Origin: a virus
Virus genome (UHGV): UHGV-0139916
Length of the DNA stretch: 23,030 bases
Strand: one strand, 5' to 3'
Numbering within the stretch: position 1 is the stretch's first letter; each line of letters opens with the position of its first letter. Position numbers and translations under genes: made by a program. The notes below the pieces were generated by a model. That model saw only the letters and a program-made list of their open reading frames with translations, did no database searches and was not told the origin of the DNA. Shown here piece by piece: positions 1 through 11,944 of this stretch.

Positions 1-380
1 CATGGGCTGTTAATCATTACCGTGATAACGCCATCGCCTACAAAGAGCAGCGCGATAAGGCCGCATCCATTATCGCTGACATGCAGAAGCGTCAACGTGA
101 TGTAGCAGAACTCGATGCCAGATATACAAAGGAGCTTGCTGATGCTAACGCGACTATCGAAAGTCTCCGTGCTGATGTTTCTGCTGGGCGTAAGCGCCTG
201 CAAGTCGCCGCCACCTGTGCAAAGTCAACGACCGGAGCCAGCAGCATGGGCGATGGAGAAAGCCCCGGACTTACAGCAGATGCTGAACTCAATTATTACC
301 GTCTCCGAAGTGGAATCGACAAGATAACCGCGCAGGTTAACTACCTGCAGGAATACATCAGGACACAATGCCTTCGATGA
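1..380 (+). CDS. Rz: Rz i-spanin (lysis), 5'-partial; codons begin at nt 3
   Basis: Translation from nt 3 ([19 protein letters not shown]...[11 protein letters not shown]...TQCLR) resembles lambda Rz as recalled from memory. An Rz1-like lipoprotein ORF is embedded in the +1 frame. Stop codon at 378-380. Confidence 0.88.
   Translation, partial: WAVNHYRDNAIAYKEQRDKAASIIADMQKRQRDVAELDARYTKELADANATIESLRADVSAGRKRLQVAATCAKSTTGASSMGDGESPGLTADAELNYYRLRSGIDKITAQVNYLQEYIRTQCLR
142..327 (+). CDS. Rz1: Rz1 o-spanin lipoprotein, embedded in Rz in the +1 frame
   Basis: ORF inside Rz in another frame. Starting at ATG 142 gives [20 protein letters not shown] with a lipobox (LGVSAC) followed by a proline-rich segment. 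AAGGAG at 129-134 sits 7 nt upstream of the ATG. The track's longer start at 115 has no such RBS. Confidence 0.8.
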   Translation: MLTRLSKVSVLMFLLGVSACKSPPPVQSQRPEPAAWAMEKAPDLQQMLNSIITVSEVESTR

Positions 381-631
381 TAGCGATAATTTTACTCATC
401 ATCCTTCACATCTGACTCTGTAGACAGGGTGGTGATCACTTCTGGAGTGAATCCAGATTAAACATCTCATTGCTGATGCTTGATGTTGAGCATCTGGCGC
501 GCGGTAAGGGGCTGCGTTGAGATAAGAGCCAGTTCATTACAAAGCTCTATCTAATGGAGCCTGAAATAATTTGTCATTGTCATGACAAGAAAATTCATTA
601 ATGATGAGCTCTCATTATACGGGAGGTAGAT

Positions 632-2800
<2,169 letters not shown>

Positions 2801-2806
2801 TCACAT
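2801..2806. repeat. target-site duplication TCACAT (right copy)
   Basis: Same 6-mer as at 841-846, immediately outside the right IS terminus (...CGTGACA|TCACAT). Confidence 0.7.
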
Positions 2807-2937
2807 CGAAGAATATGAAAAAGGTGAAGACTTAATCTAACCTCCTACGGATGTTTTTTTATTGCCATCACAAAAGCCATTCCTTACAGAGTGGCTTTGA
2901 TAATGGATATCCCCACAAGCGGATAAAGAGGCTCTCA

Positions 2938-3063
2938 ATGTCCGACATCTACCAAATCACGTTAACCACCCAAACAGGCGAAACCTTTACGGGCAAGACG
3001 TCACGACGTCAGCCTGAGCTGGTTAATGGCTTTATGCAGCTGGCTACCGAGACGGGCGAGTAA
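2938..3063 (+). CDS. small hypothetical protein (41 aa)
   Basis: ATG 2938 with AAGAGG 6 nt upstream; translation MSDIYQITLTTQTGETFTGKTSRRQPELVNGFMQLATETGE. The track's longer 70-aa version (2851) lacks an RBS. No family recognised. Confidence 0.3.
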   Translation: MSDIYQITLTTQTGETFTGKTSRRQPELVNGFMQLATETGE

Positions 3064-3151
3064 ATAACTCCATTAGGAGAATGTGGAACCATTACACTTT
3101 GAGCCGTTAACTGATATTGATAAAGGTAAATAATATCTTGGTTAAGGTTTT

Positions 3152-3424
3152 CTAATAGCCAGCCATTTGCAAAATCACAGTTGCAGCAGCAGCGAAAGCT
3201 GCATATGAGTTATATTTAGACTGTAACCGCGCAGTTAAGAAAAATTCGTGAAGATCTACATTTTTTTTGGGATCATCAAATGTAATTGCTACAACGGTGC
3301 TTCTACCTGTTTTGACTTTGGCTGTTGCTGATTTGATCCATAACCCAGCCGATAAAAACCCAAAGAAAATCGATAGTGCATGATGGTCAATTAACCAGTT
3401 TTTAATTAGTAATAAATCACTCAT
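3152..3424 (-). CDS. possible small membrane protein (about 90 aa) antisense to the late operon, in an AT-rich stretch
   Basis: Minus-strand ORF with an internal ATG at 3424 (MSDLLLIKNWLIDHHALSIFFGFLSAGLWI...) and one hydrophobic segment. The track start at 3469 is TTG and overlaps the terS start. Weak RBS. Could be spurious. Confidence 0.25.
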   Translation of the reverse strand: MSDLLLIKNWLIDHHALSIFFGFLSAGLWIKSATAKVKTGRSTVVAITFDDPKKNVDLHEFFLTARLQSKYNSYAAFAAAATVILQMAGY

Positions 3425-3448
3425 TTTCAATCCAATTGAGACTTTGTC

Positions 3449-3976
3449 ATGGCACTCACCGACAAACAAGAGATGTTCTGTCGCGAGTACCTCATCGATT
3501 TAAACGCCACGCAAGCGGCTATTCGGGCGGGGTACAGCGCAAAGACAGCTAACCGTACCGCATCCGAAAACCTGTCAAAACCTGACATCAAGTTAAGAAT
3601 CGCCGAACTGAAAGCGCAACGCAATGATCTTGTTGGTATTAATGCAGAATATGTACTTAATCGCCTTATTGAAATCGACCAGATGGATGTGCTTGACATT
3701 CTCCTGCAAAACGGTGAGCTAAAGCCCATTAAAGACTGGCCTAAGGTATGGCGCACAACGCTATCAGGAATGGATGTTGTGGAGATGGTATCCGCAGATA
3801 GTGCCGCACTTCTGAAGAAAATCAAATGGCCAGATAAGGTCAAAAACCTCGAACTTCTTGGTAAGCATGTTTCCGTTCAGGCATTTAAAGAACAAGCTTC
3901 TCATGAGCTAACCGGCAAAGACGGCGGCGCAATCCAGATTGAAACATCACCGATGAGCACTCTATTCGGAAAATGA
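3449..3976 (+). CDS. terminase small subunit (Terminase_2-type)
   Basis: N-terminus MALTDKQEMFCREYLIDLNATQAAIRAGYS is the characteristic HTH start of this terS family. Sits immediately upstream of and overlapping the large terminase (ATGA). Confidence 0.85.
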   Translation: MALTDKQEMFCREYLIDLNATQAAIRAGYSAKTANRTASENLSKPDIKLRIAELKAQRNDLVGINAEYVLNRLIEIDQMDVLDILLQNGELKPIKDWPKVWRTTLSGMDVVEMVSADSAALLKKIKWPDKVKNLELLGKHVSVQAFKEQASHELTGKDGGAIQIETSPMSTLFGK

Positions 3977-5388
3977 CCTCGATTAATCCTATCTTTGAAC
4001 CGTTCATTGAGGCGCATCGCTACAAAGTCGCCAAAGGCGGTCGAGGTAGCGGTAAGTCATGGGCAATTGCGAGGCTGCTTGTTGAAGCGGCGCGTCGGCA
4101 GCCTGTGCGCATCCTCTGTGCTCGTGAACTGCAAAACAGTATCAGCGATTCGGTAATCCGGTTGCTTGAAGACACCATAGAGCGGGAAGGGTATTCGGCC
4201 GAGTTTGAAATTCAGCGTTCCATGATTCGTCATCTCGGAACGAATGCTGAATTCATGTTCTACGGCATCAAAAACAACCCGACGAAGATTAAATCGCTCG
4301 AAGGCATTGATATCTGCTGGGTGGAAGAAGCGGAAGCGGTAACGAAGGAATCGTGGGATATCCTGATACCAACCATCCGTAAGCCGTTCTCTGAAATATG
4401 GGTAAGCTTCAACCCGAAAAACATACTCGACGATACCTATCAGCGGTTCGTCGTAAATCCTCCCGATGATATTTGCCTGCTGACGGTGAACTACACCGAC
4501 AACCCGCACTTTCCTGAAGTTCTCCGTCTGGAGATGGAAGAGTGCAAACGCAGAAATCCGACACTGTATCGTCACATCTGGCTTGGTGAGCCAGTGAGCG
4601 CAAGTGATATGGCAATTATCAAACGTGAATGGCTTGAAGCCGCAACCGATGCGCACAAGAAACTCGGATGGAAGGCGAAAGGCGCTGTTGTCTCTGCGCA
4701 TGACCCGTCAGATACAGGACCGGATGCTAAAGGTTATGCATCGCGCCACGGTTCGGTAGTTAAGCGCATTGCCGAAGGTCTGCTGATGGACATCAACGAG
4801 GGTGCTGACTGGGCTACTTCGCTGGCGATTGAAGACTGCGCTGACCATTACCTGTGGGATGGCGATGGTGTCGGTGCAGGGCTACGCAGACAGACAACGG
4901 AAGCATTCTCCGGCAAGAAAATTACCGCCACGATGTTCAAGGGCAGCGAATCGCCATTCGATGAAGATGCGCCTTATCAGGCCGGAGCATGGGCTGATGA
5001 AGTCGTGCAGGGAGACAACGTTCGCACTATTGGCGATGTTTTCCGCAATAAGCGAGCGCAATTCTATTACGCACTGGCTGACAGGCTGTATCTGACATAT
5101 CGGGCGGTTGTTCACGGTGAGTATGCAGACCCCGACGACATGCTGAGCTTCGACAAAGAAGCGATAGGCGAGAAGATGCTTGAGAAGCTGTTTGCAGAAT
5201 TGACGCAGATTCAGCGCAAATTCAATAACAACGGGAAGCTGGAGCTAATGACTAAGGTCGAAATGAAGCAGAAGCTCGGTATTCCATCTCCTAACCTGGC
5301 TGATGCGTTGATGATGTGTATGCATTGCCCGGAGTCGGCTGCGCAACCCGACTATTCCAGTTACTCAATTCCTTGTGGTGTAGGTTGA
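3973..5388 (+). CDS. terminase large subunit (471 aa)
   Basis: Walker A-like KGGRGSGKSWA near the N-terminus, then a nuclease-type C-terminal half. Position and size fit the large terminase of Sf6/P22-like phages. Confidence 0.93.
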   Translation: MTSINPIFEPFIEAHRYKVAKGGRGSGKSWAIARLLVEAARRQPVRILCARELQNSISDSVIRLLEDTIEREGYSAEFEIQRSMIRHLGTNAEFMFYGIKNNPTKIKSLEGIDICWVEEAEAVTKESWDILIPTIRKPFSEIWVSFNPKNILDDTYQRFVVNPPDDICLLTVNYTDNPHFPEVLRLEMEECKRRNPTLYRHIWLGEPVSASDMAIIKREWLEAATDAHKKLGWKAKGAVVSAHDPSDTGPDAKGYASRHGSVVKRIAEGLLMDINEGADWATSLAIEDCADHYLWDGDGVGAGLRRQTTEAFSGKKITATMFKGSESPFDEDAPYQAGAWADEVVQGDNVRTIGDVFRNKRAQFYYALADRLYLTYRAVVHGEYADPDDMLSFDKEAIGEKMLEKLFAELTQIQRKFNNNGKLELMTKVEMKQKLGIPSPNLADALMMCMHCPESAAQPDYSSYSIPCGVG

Positions 5389-5389
5389 T

Positions 5390-7588
5390 ATGGCAGAAAA
5401 AAAGATGACTGACTGGCATCGCAAGGTGCTGTGCAACTTTGATAATGCCTGGTCAGCAACGCAGGATATGCGTGAGCAGATTATTGAGGCTCAACGTTTC
5501 GTCCGGGTGTCCGGCGCACAGTGGGAAGGCAGCACAAACGCTGGTTACTCATTTGATGAAGGCAGGTTTGAGCATTATCCGCGTTTTGAACTGAATAAGA
5601 TTTCCCGTGAATGTGATCGCATCATTGGCGAGTATCGACAGAATCGCATCAGCGTTAAATTCAGGCCGAAGGATGACAAGGCATCGGAAGCTTTAGCCGA
5701 AAAAATGAACGGCAAATTCCGCGCTGACTATCAGGAAACATCCGGTGGCGAAGCGTGTGATAACGCATTTGATGATGCCGTAACGGGTGGATTCGGTTGT
5801 TTCCGCATGTGTGCCGATTACGAAGATGAAATGGATCCGAGTAACGAGCAGCGCCGCATCAGCCTTCTTCCTGTTTACGACCCAGCGACATGCGTCTTCT
5901 TTGATCAGGACAGCAAGCAATATGACCGCTCTGATGCTATGTGGGCTATGGAAATGTTCTCCATGACGCCTAAAGCGTTCGAGGCTGAATACCCTGATTC
6001 CATCGCGGCAAGCCTTTCTCGTGATGACACTGGCACTCAATATGACTGGTCAACGCCAGATGCCATCTATGTTGGACGTTACTACGAAGTCCGCATAGAG
6101 AAGGTGAAGCTCACGGCGTGGCGCAACCCTGTTAGCGGAGAAACGGCAATCTATGATGAAGATCAAATCAAAGATATTGTCGACGAGCTAACCGATGGCG
6201 CATTCGAACTGATTGGTGAGCGAACGGTGAAGAAACGCCGCGTTTATTGCGGCCTTCTGTCTGGCGCTGAATGGCTGGAAGAACCGAAGCGTATTCCGGG
6301 CGAACATATTCCACTCATCCCGGTATATGGGCGTCGCTCATTTGTTGATAATCAGGAGCGAATCGAAGGACACGCAGCAAAAGCGATGGATGCACAGCGT
6401 CTTGAGAACCTGATGGTTTCCATGATTGCAGATAACGCGACTCAGGCTGGCGGTGATGGCATTCCTGTAGTTGATGTTGACATGATTCCTGGTCCTCTCG
6501 CCAATCATTGGGCGGAGCGCAACAAAAAGCGCCCGGCGTTCCTGCCGATGGTAAGTCTGAAAAACAAAAACGGAGATATTACTGCGCAGGCTCAGGTCAG
6601 CAGTTATACACCTCCGACACAAATGCCTCCTGCTCTTGCCGGGTTATTGCAGTACACCGGAACGGCTATTCAGCAAATTACCGGGGCTTCGCAGCTTGAG
6701 AACATGCCGAGCAACGTCGCCACCGATACCGTTGATAGCATCTTTAACCGGATGGACACGCAGTCCTATATCTACATGGACAACATGGCTAAATCCATGC
6801 GTCGCGCTGGCGTTGTGTGGCTTTCTATGGCGCGTGAGGTCTATGGCAGTGATACGCCGATGCGTATCGTGAATGAGGACGGCAGCGATGACGTGGCGCT
6901 GATGACTGGTGAAGTGGTTGACCGTCAGACAGGGCAGGTTATCGCGCTTAACGACCTTTCGCAGGGTAACTATGAAGTGACTGTCGATGTCGGTCAGTCG
7001 TTCGCTACTCGCCGTGATGCAACGGTTAAGTCGTTACTTTCCATGCTGGCACTTATCCCACCAGGAACGCCGAAGCACGACCTTGTATCGTCGATGATTC
7101 TCGACAATATGGACGGCGAAGGGATGGACGACCTTAAAGAATACAACCGCAATCAGTTGCTTCTGTCTGGAGTTATCAAGCCGAGAACACCAGAAGAACA
7201 GCAGATGGTTGAGCAGGCGAAACAACAACAGGCCAGTCAGCCAGATCCGGCTATGGTTGCTGCGCAAGGTCAGCTTCTTGCTGGTCAGGCTGAATTGCAG
7301 AAAGCGCAGAACGAACAAGCAGCCATTCAGGTTAAAGCATTCCAGGCACAGACGGATGCTCAGGTTGCTGCGGCAAATGTTGTGAAAATCCTCGCATCTG
7401 CCGATAGCCAGCAAAAATCTGATATCCGTGAGGCGCTGAAACTGCTCGGACAGTTCCAGCAACAGCAAGGAGATAATGCCCGTGCTGATGCAGAGCTTGT
7501 CCTGAAAAGTCAGGCACAGGGCCATGCGCAGCGCATGGACATCAGCAGCATCCTGCAAAAATCAACTCAGCAACAACCACAGCAGTAA
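5390..7588 (+). CDS. portal protein, P22 gp1-like (732 aa) with Gln-rich C-terminal helical tail
   Basis: Shares motifs with P22 gp1 as recalled (FD.AW near the N-terminus, FRPKD..., DYEDE). The long Q/A-rich C-terminus is consistent with the P22 portal barrel. Gene order terL-portal-scaffold-coat. Confidence 0.92.
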   Translation: MAEKKMTDWHRKVLCNFDNAWSATQDMREQIIEAQRFVRVSGAQWEGSTNAGYSFDEGRFEHYPRFELNKISRECDRIIGEYRQNRISVKFRPKDDKASEALAEKMNGKFRADYQETSGGEACDNAFDDAVTGGFGCFRMCADYEDEMDPSNEQRRISLLPVYDPATCVFFDQDSKQYDRSDAMWAMEMFSMTPKAFEAEYPDSIAASLSRDDTGTQYDWSTPDAIYVGRYYEVRIEKVKLTAWRNPVSGETAIYDEDQIKDIVDELTDGAFELIGERTVKKRRVYCGLLSGAEWLEEPKRIPGEHIPLIPVYGRRSFVDNQERIEGHAAKAMDAQRLENLMVSMIADNATQAGGDGIPVVDVDMIPGPLANHWAERNKKRPAFLPMVSLKNKNGDITAQAQVSSYTPPTQMPPALAGLLQYTGTAIQQITGASQLENMPSNVATDTVDSIFNRMDTQSYIYMDNMAKSMRRAGVVWLSMAREVYGSDTPMRIVNEDGSDDVALMTGEVVDRQTGQVIALNDLSQGNYEVTVDVGQSFATRRDATVKSLLSMLALIPPGTPKHDLVSSMILDNMDGEGMDDLKEYNRNQLLLSGVIKPRTPEEQQMVEQAKQQQASQPDPAMVAAQGQLLAGQAELQKAQNEQAAIQVKAFQAQTDAQVAAANVVKILASADSQQKSDIREALKLLGQFQQQQGDNARADAELVLKSQAQGHAQRMDISSILQKSTQQQPQQ

Positions 7589-7678
7589 TTAACCCATAAC
7601 GTGCAATGGCTGTCTTTATGAGGCCTGGCACCCTATTGCCTTCCGATGGGCTGAACATCGAGTAAACAGGGGTAACAA

Positions 7679-8572
7679 ATGGACCAGATGGCAGAAAACA
7701 CACCAGAAGTTGAAATCGAAACCGATACATCAGAGCAGATTCCTGATGATGTCGAACTGGCTGAAGAAGTCGAAACAGAAGATGGCAGTGAGTCCTCCGG
7801 CAATGATGCAGAGGAAGCTACTGAAACTGATGACGACGAATCAGAACAGGAATTCTACTTTGGTGACGAAAAGCTGGATTCGCCAACCAGTGAAGATAGC
7901 GCAGAGCATGGGCTGGTAAAACACCTGCGCAAGACGATTAAAGAGAAAGACCGCGAGCTGAAAGAGCTGATGCGTCAGTCTCAGAAACCCGTCGAGCAGC
8001 AGCCGGTAATCACTCAACCACCGCGAATGCCAAAACTGGATGATGAGGACATCGGTTTCGATGAAGAAATCTATCAGCAACGCATGGCTAAGTGGGCAGA
8101 GGATAACGGAAAGTACCAGCAACAGGAGATGGCTCGCAAGCAGAAGGAGCAGGAGCTTCAGGCTGCCTATCAAGAGCGATTATCCAAATATCAGCAACGT
8201 GTTAAGGCTCTCAAAGTTCCTGGCTATCAGGAAGCTGAGCAGGCCGTACTCGAGGAAATTCCCATCGAGACACAAAACGCGATCCTGTTTGAGTCAGAGA
8301 AGCCGGAAATCGTTGTTCTGGCGCTCGGTCGCAACGCTGAACTGCGCAAGCAACTGGCAGAAGCTACCAACCCCGTAGCAATTGGTCGTCTGCTGGAACG
8401 TATCGAATCGAAGGCCAGAATCATGCCAAAAGCAAAAACCACGGCAGCCACAACCCCGACAGTTAAGGGGAGCAACGGCGCAGTAATCAATAACCTCGAC
8501 AAACTGAAAGCCAAGGCGCTGGAAACTGGTGACTGGACGCCGTATTTCGCCGCTAAAAAGGCAAAAAAATAA
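7679..8572 (+). CDS. scaffolding protein (297 aa), P22 gp8-like
   Basis: Highly acidic N-terminus and a charged helical body; located between portal and coat; size near P22 gp8. AGGGG RBS upstream. Confidence 0.8.
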   Translation: MDQMAENTPEVEIETDTSEQIPDDVELAEEVETEDGSESSGNDAEEATETDDDESEQEFYFGDEKLDSPTSEDSAEHGLVKHLRKTIKEKDRELKELMRQSQKPVEQQPVITQPPRMPKLDDEDIGFDEEIYQQRMAKWAEDNGKYQQQEMARKQKEQELQAAYQERLSKYQQRVKALKVPGYQEAEQAVLEEIPIETQNAILFESEKPEIVVLALGRNAELRKQLAEATNPVAIGRLLERIESKARIMPKAKTTAATTPTVKGSNGAVINNLDKLKAKALETGDWTPYFAAKKAKK

Positions 8573-8590
8573 CCTATCGGAGCATTAAGC

Positions 8591-9844
8591 ATGGCTAACC
8601 AATTAGCAAAAGACCTTGAAATCATGTTCGAAAACTACGTTGAAGGCTTTGAGGCCGCCTGCGTAGTTTCCCGTAACGCTAAAAAATTCCGTCCCGGTGA
8701 TACAGCAATGCAGCGAGCAGGTGATGTTCTGTATCGTCCGCAGCATTACCACATGAACATTGAGGAAGGCCTCGACCTCAGCAGCAAAACGCCAACAGCA
8801 CTGGTTCAGCGCCTTGTTCCTTCTGTGTTCAAGGAGCCGAAAAACATTCTGTACACTCTGGATGCGCGTGAAATGCGTGACCCTGAGCATAAAACTGAAG
8901 CTGGTCGCGCCGCAGGTATGCGCCTTGCTGCACAGATTGACTCTGACCTGATTTCCATGGTCACGCAGCGTGCTACTAACGTGATCACAATGGCTGACTC
9001 AACCACTGGTTCACAGGGCCGTGATTTGTGGAACTGTGCGGCAGGTATTGATGCCACCATGACGGCGATTGGTGTACCTCAGGGTATCAACCGTCGCTCT
9101 TTCTGGAACCCCTTCAACTACAAAGACCTTGCTGGCGAGCTTGGTCACCGTGCCTATGCTCAGGGCGCAACCCTGACAGCATACGAAAAAGCGCAGATCC
9201 CTCCGGTTGCGTCCTTCGATAGCTACAAGACCGATATTTCTGGTCGTGTTCCGAAGGGTACAGCAACTTCCCTGACGCTGGCGGCTGAACCTGCGCACAA
9301 GGTTGAAGCGAAAGATGCTAACGATATGCCAGTGGATAACCGACAGGGGACCATTACGGTATCTGCTGAAGGTTTGCAGGTTGGCGATGCGTTTACCATC
9401 GCAGGGGTGAATTCCGTACACCAGATCACCAAAGATACCACCGGGCAGCCGCAGGTATTCCGCGTTCTGGCAGTAAGCGGAACGACAGTAACTATCTCCC
9501 CGAAAATTCTGCCGCCTGACAACGCGGATGTCGCCAGCCGACCATATGCAAACGTTGATGCTAACGCGGCAAATGGTGCAGCAATTACCATTCTCAACAA
9601 AAATGCCGCACCGGCTAACCTGTTCTGGGCTGATGGTTCTGTTGAGCTGATGTACGGCAAACTGGCGTTCCCGACTGGTCAGGGTCCACAGGTAATGACA
9701 GCAACCACCGAGCAGGGCGCTACGCTGATCATGTCTTACGCCTTCGACCACATCAAAGGCGTAACCACTGCTCGTTTCACCACTCTGTATGGTTGCTCTG
9801 TACTTGTTCCTGAATATACGGGCATCGTTATTGCCGGGCAGTAA
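8591..9844 (+). CDS. major capsid (coat) protein, P22 gp5-like (417 aa)
   Basis: Position after the scaffold gene. Recalled P22 coat similarities (e.g. NLFWADGSVEL versus P22 NVFWADDAIRI). Followed directly by a strong intrinsic terminator. Confidence 0.9.
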   Translation: MANQLAKDLEIMFENYVEGFEAACVVSRNAKKFRPGDTAMQRAGDVLYRPQHYHMNIEEGLDLSSKTPTALVQRLVPSVFKEPKNILYTLDAREMRDPEHKTEAGRAAGMRLAAQIDSDLISMVTQRATNVITMADSTTGSQGRDLWNCAAGIDATMTAIGVPQGINRRSFWNPFNYKDLAGELGHRAYAQGATLTAYEKAQIPPVASFDSYKTDISGRVPKGTATSLTLAAEPAHKVEAKDANDMPVDNRQGTITVSAEGLQVGDAFTIAGVNSVHQITKDTTGQPQVFRVLAVSGTTVTISPKILPPDNADVASRPYANVDANAANGAAITILNKNAAPANLFWADGSVELMYGKLAFPTGQGPQVMTATTEQGATLIMSYAFDHIKGVTTARFTTLYGCSVLVPEYTGIVIAGQ

Positions 9845-9850
9845 TTTTGG

Positions 9851-9874
9851 TGGGGCTTCGGCCCCATTTTTATT
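9851..9874 (+). terminator. rho-independent terminator after the coat gene
   Basis: GGGGC-TTCG-GCCCC stem-loop (9852-9865) followed by ATTTTTATT, immediately 3' of the coat stop codon. Confidence 0.7.
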
Positions 9875-9885
9875 GGGAGAAGACA

Positions 9886-10074
9886 ATGGCACGAACAATG
9901 CTCTATAAGCCTGGCAACATGATCACCTGTGGTCAGTTTGCTGTCGATTACATCATTGTTGATGACGAAGAAGTTAAATCTCACCTGAAAAAAGGTTGGG
10001 TAAAAACTCCTGAAGAAACCGCAACGAAGCAAAAAGTGGCTAAGGCGGAAGAAGATGGTGAAAACGAAGGGTGA
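9886..10074 (+). CDS. small hypothetical protein (62 aa) between coat and gp4-like genes
   Basis: ATG 9886 preceded by GGGAGAAG; translation MARTMLYKPGNMITCGQFAVDYIIVDDEEV... Its 3' end overlaps the next gene by 20 nt. No counterpart recalled at this position in P22. Confidence 0.45.
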   Translation: MARTMLYKPGNMITCGQFAVDYIIVDDEEVKSHLKKGWVKTPEETATKQKVAKAEEDGENEG

Positions 10075-10516
10075 TCTCGTTCTAAAGGCTTTACGAAAAG
10101 CCGGGCTGTATTCCAATGCCACGTTGACAGATGCTGACCCTCAGGAAATTGAAGATGCAATTAATGACCTCGAAGACATGATGGCAGCATGGCAGGCGAA
10201 AGGTATCGAGCTTGGGTATCAGTTTGCTGATACAGAAAACGGCATCATGCCGTTACCTGACGATGATTCAGGCATCCCTGCATGGGCAAATGATGGCGTC
10301 GCTTTGAAACTCGCTGTGCAAGTGTGCATGGATAATGTCATTCAGCCGTCAGACGCTCTCCTTACCGCTGCTGACAGTGCATATCAAACAATCTGTATCG
10401 CTTTAACCAAAATACCACCACTTGAGCGGCGAAATGACATGCCTCGCGGTAGTGGTAACAAAAGCGCGTTTACGTGGAATCGGTTTTACATCGAGAAAGA
10501 TGATCCGAGTACGTGA
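10055..10516 (+). CDS. tail adaptor / head completion protein, P22 gp4-like (153 aa)
   Basis: N-terminus MVKTKGDLVLKALRKAGLYSNATLTD resembles P22 gp4 (MQIKTKGDLVRAALRKLGV...) as recalled; synteny. Confidence 0.85.
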   Translation: MVKTKGDLVLKALRKAGLYSNATLTDADPQEIEDAINDLEDMMAAWQAKGIELGYQFADTENGIMPLPDDDSGIPAWANDGVALKLAVQVCMDNVIQPSDALLTAADSAYQTICIALTKIPPLERRNDMPRGSGNKSAFTWNRFYIEKDDPST

Positions 10517-10525
10517 GGTGAATAA

Positions 10526-11944
10526 ATGCCGATTCAGCAACTTCCGCTCATGAAAGGCGTCGGCAAAGACTTTAGAAACGCCGACTATATCGACTATCTG
10601 CCAGTGAATATGTTGGCTACACCCAAAGAAATCCTGAACAGCAGCGGATATCTTCGCTCATTCCCTGGCATTGCCAAACGCTCTGATGTGAACGGTGTAT
10701 CTCGCGGCGTCGAGTACAACATGGCGCAGAATGCTGTTTATCGCGTGTGTGGTGGCAAGCTCTACAAAGGCGAAAGCGAAGTAGGTGACGTCGCCGGAAG
10801 TGGTCGCGTATCAATGGCGCATGGTCGAACATCTCAGGCGGTAGGTGTTAACGGTCAACTGGTCGAGTATCGCTATGATGGCACGGTTAAAACCGTCTCA
10901 AACTGGCCTACAGACAGCGGATTCACGCAGTATGAGTTAGGTTCGGTTCGTGACATTACACGCTTACGTGGGCGTTATGCGTGGTCAAAAGACGGTACTG
11001 ATTCATGGTTTATCACTGACCTTGAAGACGAATCACATCCTGACCGATACAGCGCACAATATCGTGCCGAGTCTCAGCCTGACGGTATTATCGGCATCGG
11101 AACATGGCGAGACTTCATCGTCTGCTTTGGTTCATCGACGATTGAATATTTCTCCCTGACTGGCGCAACCACTGTTGGTGCCGCTTTGTATGTCGCACAG
11201 ACATCGCTGATGGTGCAAAAAGGAATAGCCGGGACTTACTGCAAAACACCATTCGCTGATTCTTATGCGTTCATCAGCAATCCGGCAACAGGTGCGCCGT
11301 CTGTGTATATCATCGGCTCCGGGCAGGTGTCACCAATCGCCAGCGCGAGCATTGAGAAAATTCTCCGCTCCTACACTGCTGATGAACTGGCTGATGGCGT
11401 GATGGAATCGTTGCGGTTTGATGCGCATGAGTTGCTGATTATCCATCTTCCGCGTCACGTCCTCGTGTACGACGCATCTTCAAGCGCCAATGGCCCACAA
11501 TGGTGTGTACTGAAAACAGGCCTGTATGACGATGTGTACCGCGCTATCGACTTCATTTACGAAGGCAATCAGATAACGTGCGGCGATAAGCTGGAATCGG
11601 TGACCGGGAAATTGCAATTCGATATCAGCAGCCAGTACGACAAGCAACAGGAACACCTTCTGTTTACTCCGTTGTTCAAAGCGGATAACGCCAGATGCTT
11701 CGATCTGGAGGTGGAATCATCCACTGGCGTAGCTCAGTACGCCGACCGCCTGTTCCTCTCTGCAACCACTGACGGCATCAATTACGGGCGAGAGCAGATG
11801 ATTGAGCAGAATGAACCGTTCGTTTACGACAAAAGCGTTTTGTGGAAGCGAGTCGGGCGCATCAGGAAAAATGTCGGCTTCAAATTGCGCGTTATCACGA
11901 AGTCACCTGTCACTCTGTCTGGCTGCCAGATAAGGATCGAGTAA
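10526..11944 (+). CDS. tail hub protein, P22 gp10-like (472 aa)
   Basis: Synteny (after gp4-like, before the needle) and the same length as P22 gp10. Stop overlaps the needle start (TAATG). Confidence 0.85.
   Translation: MPIQQLPLMKGVGKDFRNADYIDYLPVNMLATPKEILNSSGYLRSFPGIAKRSDVNGVSRGVEYNMAQNAVYRVCGGKLYKGESEVGDVAGSGRVSMAHGRTSQAVGVNGQLVEYRYDGTVKTVSNWPTDSGFTQYELGSVRDITRLRGRYAWSKDGTDSWFITDLEDESHPDRYSAQYRAESQPDGIIGIGTWRDFIVCFGSSTIEYFSLTGATTVGAALYVAQTSLMVQKGIAGTYCKTPFADSYAFISNPATGAPSVYIIGSGQVSPIASASIEKILRSYTADELADGVMESLRFDAHELLIIHLPRHVLVYDASSSANGPQWCVLKTGLYDDVYRAIDFIYEGNQITCGDKLESVTGKLQFDISSQYDKQQEHLLFTPLFKADNARCFDLEVESSTGVAQYADRLFLSATTDGINYGREQMIEQNEPFVYDKSVLWKRVGRIRKNVGFKLRVITKSPVTLSGCQIRIE

Noticed and set aside
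115-141. Longer Rz1 start at 115 (MPDIQRSLL...)
   Set aside because: ATG 142 has an AAGGAG RBS at ideal spacing and gives a 20-residue lipoprotein signal peptide; the 115 start has no RBS.
2851-2937. 70-aa version of the small ORF starting at 2851
   Set aside because: No RBS; the only plausible start is ATG 2938, and even that ORF is low confidence.
4057-4701. 214-aa minus-strand ORF inside the large terminase gene, and similar nested or antisense ORFs (5693-6040, 7034-7558, 7841-8173, 8227-8625, 9011-9898, 9736-10122, 12441-12965, 13353-13664)
   Set aside because: Each lies wholly within or antisense to a well-supported structural gene and has no motif or RBS support; typical of frame artefacts.
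11842-11943. Upstream extension of the tail-needle ORF ([14 protein letters not shown]...)
   Set aside because: It overlaps the 3' end of the gp10-like gene in another frame; homology to gp26 starts at MADSNL (11944).
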